Below are positions 59,030 to 64,000 of a stretch of DNA of 64,000 bases, one piece after another. The stretch is from Eledone cirrhosa (taxonomy: Eukaryota), in NCBI GenBank assembly GCA_964016885.1, contig OZ024745.1, positions 86,924,001 to 86,988,000 on the forward strand, in the 5' to 3' direction. Every line of letters starts with the position of its first letter. Positions within the stretch are counted from its first letter, which is position 1. The notes under the pieces are model-generated. The model saw only the letters and a list, made by a program, of their open reading frames with translations, was not told the origin of the DNA and ran no database searches. The position numbers and the translations under genes are program-made.

Positions 59030-60562
59030 TTAGGGTATAATGTGGGGCTGTAATACAGGAAAGTTTTGTGCAATTTTATGTTTACAAGCCGAAATTGCCT
59101 CAGATTTTTTGTTTAAGATGTGGTCTGTGGCATAGAGTATTTCCAGGGCCTCAGCGGCGTAGAGGTCACATGGTCTTTTATTTCCGTTATACGATCTAGC
59201 CCTAGCTAGGATCTCCCAGTGTAACTTAAATTGGGTGTGGTTGTCTTTTAGTCTCCAGATATAAGCTGAAAGTGGCGTCATAATCCTTCTTAGAGGGTAA
59301 CGAAAAGAATGGGTATGCATGTAAAGACGCTGCTTGAATCTATTGGCGGTTAACCCTATGTAGGCAATGTTACTAGAGAGGCATTTCCCGGATAGGGGGC
59401 AATCAACCCGATTCCTACAATTACAGTGAGTACTAACTACAGGGTTGCACGTGTTCCTAAGGCTAGGTAGTTTAGCCAAATTTGAAGCTGTGATGTTATG
59501 TGCAAGGTTAGGAGTCGTAGAGTAAGACATTTTAATAGTATTTCTATTAAAAATTTTACTATATTTATGTGTAGGGGGAAAATGCTTCGTAATAAGGGAA
59601 AGAAAGATCTTAGCTAATGGTGTGGCCACCTCCATATTATATGGTGGGTTATACCAACAAATGCGACGGGATCTATTTCTTCTAGGTCTATTTTCGTACT
59701 CTGTATATGCTACCTTATCGACAAATCCACTCCGAGCAAGAGCTTCATTGTAATAAGTGGAATGGTCGTTGAAAATATGCTCGTTAGTAGATAGACGGGA
59801 AAGCCTCAAGGAAACGTTTCTTACCAGGTTCTTGGTTATGCTGGCAGGATGGTTGGAATGCTTACTTATGAAAGAATTGTTCCACAGTGCAAGAGGGGCC
59901 AAACTTCTAATTACAGGTATAATTCTATTAAGAATCCTTTTACTAAGTCTACCTAAATCGGACTTCGTAGGGTTAATAAGCCGAATAGAGGGGTTGTTCG
60001 GAAAATTGGATTTGTGATCGTTCAGGGTAAAGTGGGGAGAAATAGGGTCCAGAGGTTCGGTCCGGTCCAGGATGTTGAGATAAGAGGTAATTTGAAACCC
60101 AGCATCGTTGATTTCATTGATGACGCACCGATTAGTTTTACGGTAATCCTTAGTTACGGCATTATGTAGTAGTTGATGGTAAGTACTGTGCTCCGCTTGA
60201 TATAAGTTGCCAGTTTTGTCGGAATGGACGTGCACGGCATTAGAATCCTTAATAGAACGAATTCTATTCTTCAGGTCCTGGTGGAAGGAATTGCTCCTAT
60301 TCCGAAATTTGATACTCCGTATGAGTTCCAAGACATCATTTTCGAAGGGTAACAATGATGGGTTACACGGGCGGTTATTATAGGTTTTAAACCCAAATTT
60401 ATCCTGTTTGTTGTCTGCTTTTCGCGGATTATCGAAATAAAAGGCACGCCAACGCAAGCTTTTAATGAACGCGTCTGTTTTCTGTATCAGGAGTTTTAGG
60501 TATGTTTTCCTGCTTGGTACGGGTATGTTCTTTGTAGAAATATTCAGATGTTGTTTCTGCAT
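59030..60562 (-). pseudogene. Naiad B ORF, 510 aa, open but lacking the RT core
   Basis: STKNIPVPSRKTYL, SDKTGNLY, RLINPTKSDLG, then directly SKHSNHP, WYNPPY, CNCRNRVDCPLSGKC, YIGLT; no YxDD. Confidence 0.85.
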
Positions 60563-60725
60563 GATGAATATAAGTCAATAGAGTGCTCAACCGAGGGAGC
60601 CAAATAGTAATAATAATAAATTTGAAGACTAAAATCCAAAGAGGGCTCGATAAGGATAAATATATATCAAATATATAAGAACCGTAGTGAAATATCCACT
60701 TCTGCGTTTACAGATTGACTTTGTT

Positions 60726-60776
60726 AGTTTCAGAAGATCCCGTTAAGGGTGAAAGCAGCGATTCTTTGCTTAAACT
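60726..60776 (+). ncRNA. Hammerhead-like motif (CAGAAGA core) in the inverted 5' pLTR
   Basis: Same fold as 58028-58078. Confidence 0.65.
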
Positions 60777-60796
60777 TTAATCTGTTATTTTAATAA

Positions 60797-60999
<203 letters not shown>

Positions 61000-61004
61000 C
61001 ATAC

Positions 61005-61064
61005 CATTTAGACTCTCCATCCTTCTTTTTATATATATAAGAAGAGGGATGGAGAGTCTAAATG
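61005..61064. repeat. 60-bp near-perfect palindrome
   Basis: CATTTAGACTCTCCATCC / GGATGGAGAGTCTAAATG arms around a (TA) centre. Confidence 0.9.
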
Positions 61065-61311
61065 ATAATAAAAGCTTTGCGTTTTTAAAGCCATTGATGA
61101 AACAAGGTGTATCCTACTAAACAAATAACTTTATTGCGTACATGGTACCTTATTAAATGTATATCACTTGCAAGTTGTTGAACTTGTATTTTGAACTGAA
61201 GTGTTTAAAAATCCTGTCCTTTAACATCAAGAATAACTTGTATCATTGTATAAATATGTATACCCAGTTAATTTGGCAAGCAAATAGGCAGTTACGAAGC
61301 TATATATGTAC

Positions 61312-61421
<110 letters not shown>

Positions 61422-61948
61422 GTGTGTGTGTGCTTGCTGAAAGCTATAAGTAAGCATGCGAATGCAAATAAGTGGATATATTTAGGTAACTGTAGATGAC
61501 TGGGTGCATGCGTAGGTAGATAGATAGCTAGGTAGGTTTTATAGATAGATATGTGGATAGGCATAGATTTCTTAAACTCTATATAGAAATATAATGCATC
61601 TTGAAATCAAATGCCATTAAAACGGATCATATACAAAATTCTTAATATTTTCAAACATAATAATAAATATCGCTATAGAGTTATCTAATATTTCTTATCT
61701 AATTTAAACGTTCAGTGATTGCGCTTGTATTGTTCATCTTCTATAATCATTACTTCTTCATGCAAATTCTTGTCTGTCTGTGTGTCCAGTAAATTCAAGT
61801 GAGAAATCAAATTATAACGTTGCGAGATCACTCTACTGTGACCAAAAGGTTATCTCACTTTTATATGCAATACATTACACAGTCACCAATATTGTGTACT
61901 CACGTTGATAACAATGGTAGCAAATATAAGTATCGTCATTAGTATTAA

Positions 61949-62169
61949 CCCTTTAGCATTTACATTACTCTATATTTACTATAGTATTTTTGCGGTAAAG
62001 GCTTTATCTTACATAATTACTTCACATAATATCGAATCTATAAGATTTTGATATTATTTATTTTGAGAACAATACCTGACCATCAGTATGAGTGGCTGGT
62101 TACAGACGGTTTGAACAGAAAGAGGTGCGAGAATTCTGGCCGGTTACAGCCAGTTTAAATGCTAAAGGG
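61949..62169. mobile_element. piggyBac-type MITE
   Basis: TIRs CCCTTTAGCATTTA / TAAATGCTAAAGGG; flanks TTAA and TTGA. Confidence 0.82.
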
Positions 62170-63472
62170 TTGAATATATAAATAAACTGTAAAATCATGT
62201 ATGTCGTTGGAAGTTGGTGTTGTTCTCTAATCACGAAAGAAGATTTTCCCTTTGTTTATAAGCGATTCGCTCCAGAACGACCTCCTAGAATAAAGACTAT
62301 GGAGGATCCGAAAGACAATAAAAATGTTTCACTCGAAATTTTTTTGAAGGTGTTGGTACAGAGTTAGTTCAATCATGCATCTGCTTATTACTGGTTCATA
62401 AAATATTTTCTTATTTTCTTAATTAAGTTGCGGTCACTATTATATAGAGAATCAACATCGTTGTAGTAAATTAAATAAACGGCAATACAAAATATATCTG
62501 TGCAAGTTCATATGAGTTGCATGTCAAAAATATAGTTTCTCTTTCATACATTTGTTTAGATTGATAAATATATTGCAAAATACATGCACCCACGCATACA
62601 TATTCTAGCAGAAAACCGCCCAGAGGAGGTATTTCTTCTAGTTATTTCATATTTGATCTTCCACCATAAATTACTTCTTTAATCCAATTCGTGTTAACTT
62701 TTGTTTCAAAATGTAGTTTTTAAGGTATCTTTAAGGATTTTATAGTTCCCATTTAAGGGATTAAAACATGTCTTTTAAAAAATAGGAAAGAAATTTTTGA
62801 CTTCATGATGAAATCGCAGCTTAGGGACAATCAAAATATAATTAAAAATACAAGAAAAAAAGAGAGAAAGTGATATTGCATTAATCCTTGTACACATAAT
62901 GATTCGCTCAGATCTAATGAAGAGGTTGAGTAATCAGAAAAAATTAGTCAAGCAGAAGTTGTTTTTATTAGAAATGGAAGAGCTACAAAATTAGTATCCG
63001 ATATGATAAAGTAGCGCATTGCTTCTTTGAATCACTACAAACAAGGTATGATTGTGTTGTTAAGAGGTTCTCTCTGTGAGTGTGTATATGACTATGTATA
63101 TGTGTGTCTATGTGTGTGAGGTTAAGCGTGTGTGTGTGTTTCTATGTGTGTATGTAGGAGTCTTTGATAACGGACGCTCTTTAAACTTCTATTGTTCAGT
63201 GATATCAAACAGTGGTTATATAGCGACTGAAGAATTGTGAGAGGATTTTACGAACCAATCCAATGTCAATACTAATGCTTTGTACTTTGCCCTGTGGTGA
63301 TGAAATAAAATTTCCTTGTCGTTTTTGTCAAATGCAATTTCTTAAATGGTTAATTGCTATCACATAACGTTGGTTAGTTATAGTTTCGTCTGCATTGATA
63401 TCTTCTAGGGTCGAAATAAAACACCCACTATCACATTGAATCAAACTATTTGTCATTATTGGCTTCGAGTGA

Positions 63473-63692
63473 GGGCGGTGGATTGGCAGTATCGGTGGAG
63501 CGTCGGACACCATGCTTTGCAGCATACAGTTACGCCCCTGTACGGTCTGAGTTCAAATCCAGCCGAGGTTAGCTTTGCCTTTCATCCTTACGGGATCTAT
63601 AAAATAAAGCACCCGTAATGCACTGGGGTCGATTTAATCGACTTCCCTAACCCAAAATTACTGGCCTTGTGCTTAAATGGGAAACAATTATT
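63473..63692 (+). mobile_element. Full-length tRNA-derived SINE
   Basis: A/B boxes, core and tail; ATTATTGGCTTCGAGTG occurs on both sides (probable TSD). Confidence 0.9.
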
Positions 63693-64000
63693 GGCTTCGA
63701 GTGTGGATGGAGATCATTTAACTAGCTACTCTCTTGACTCTTTATTTGTTAGTTCATACTCAGAAAACTATCGTCAGTAATAACTCCAGTGGAAAAGAAA
63801 TTGAGGATCAATGTCGAAAACGTAAATGAAGAAATTGCAAAACTTAAAACTATTTTGTAAAGAAACACAATTGTCAAAGACAATTGTCTTTTGACATTTC
63901 ACGCACGTGGCTGTCGCTAACCAGCACGCTACTCTATATCGCTCTATAATGGATGTTGGAATTTAATGTCCGGATAAAGGTTTTAGGAACTACCACTGTT

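Noticed and set aside
61130-61280. Possible host exon
   Set aside because: No convincing open frame between splice signals and no recognisable protein.
62604-62840. Possible Helitron 3' end (CTAG) remnant
   Set aside because: No subterminal hairpin could be formed; insufficient support.
63473-63570. tRNA genes at SINE heads
   Set aside because: A and B boxes are present but there is no cloverleaf, and each continues into a SINE core.
63745-63790. CUGACGA plus a stem on the - strand
   Set aside because: No GAAA or stem III follows.

Overview
Eukaryotic, AT-rich, microsatellite-rich DNA made almost entirely of transposable elements. The tRNA-derived SINEs resemble those I recall from octopod cephalopods (inference). 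I recognise no host gene. The main contents are: (1) six Tx1/L1-clade LINE copies on the + strand, two in tandem in (ATCT)n at 1-7.6 kb and four in (ATT)n at 19-38.7 kb; (2) three R4/Dong-type RLE LINEs on the - strand in the same (ATT)n tracts, which with the Tx1 copies form a ~21-kb nest that appears to have grown inside one microsatellite; (3) several Penelope-like elements (PLEs: two Naiad-like families, one Poseidon/Neptune-like copy, remnants) and short non-coding PLE-like units in or next to (TA)n, carrying about eight different type I hammerhead ribozyme motifs that I folded by eye, several with non-canonical cores; (4) SINEs, hAT, mariner and piggyBac MITEs, and RTE and CRE fragments. 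Best leads: microsatellite niche partitioning with a possible Tx1 target switch, a 5' splice site conserved at the ORF1 stop of divergent Tx1 elements (ORF2 may be an intron), and retrozyme-like hammerhead units with variant cores. All alignments and folds were done by eye, so boundaries are approximate.
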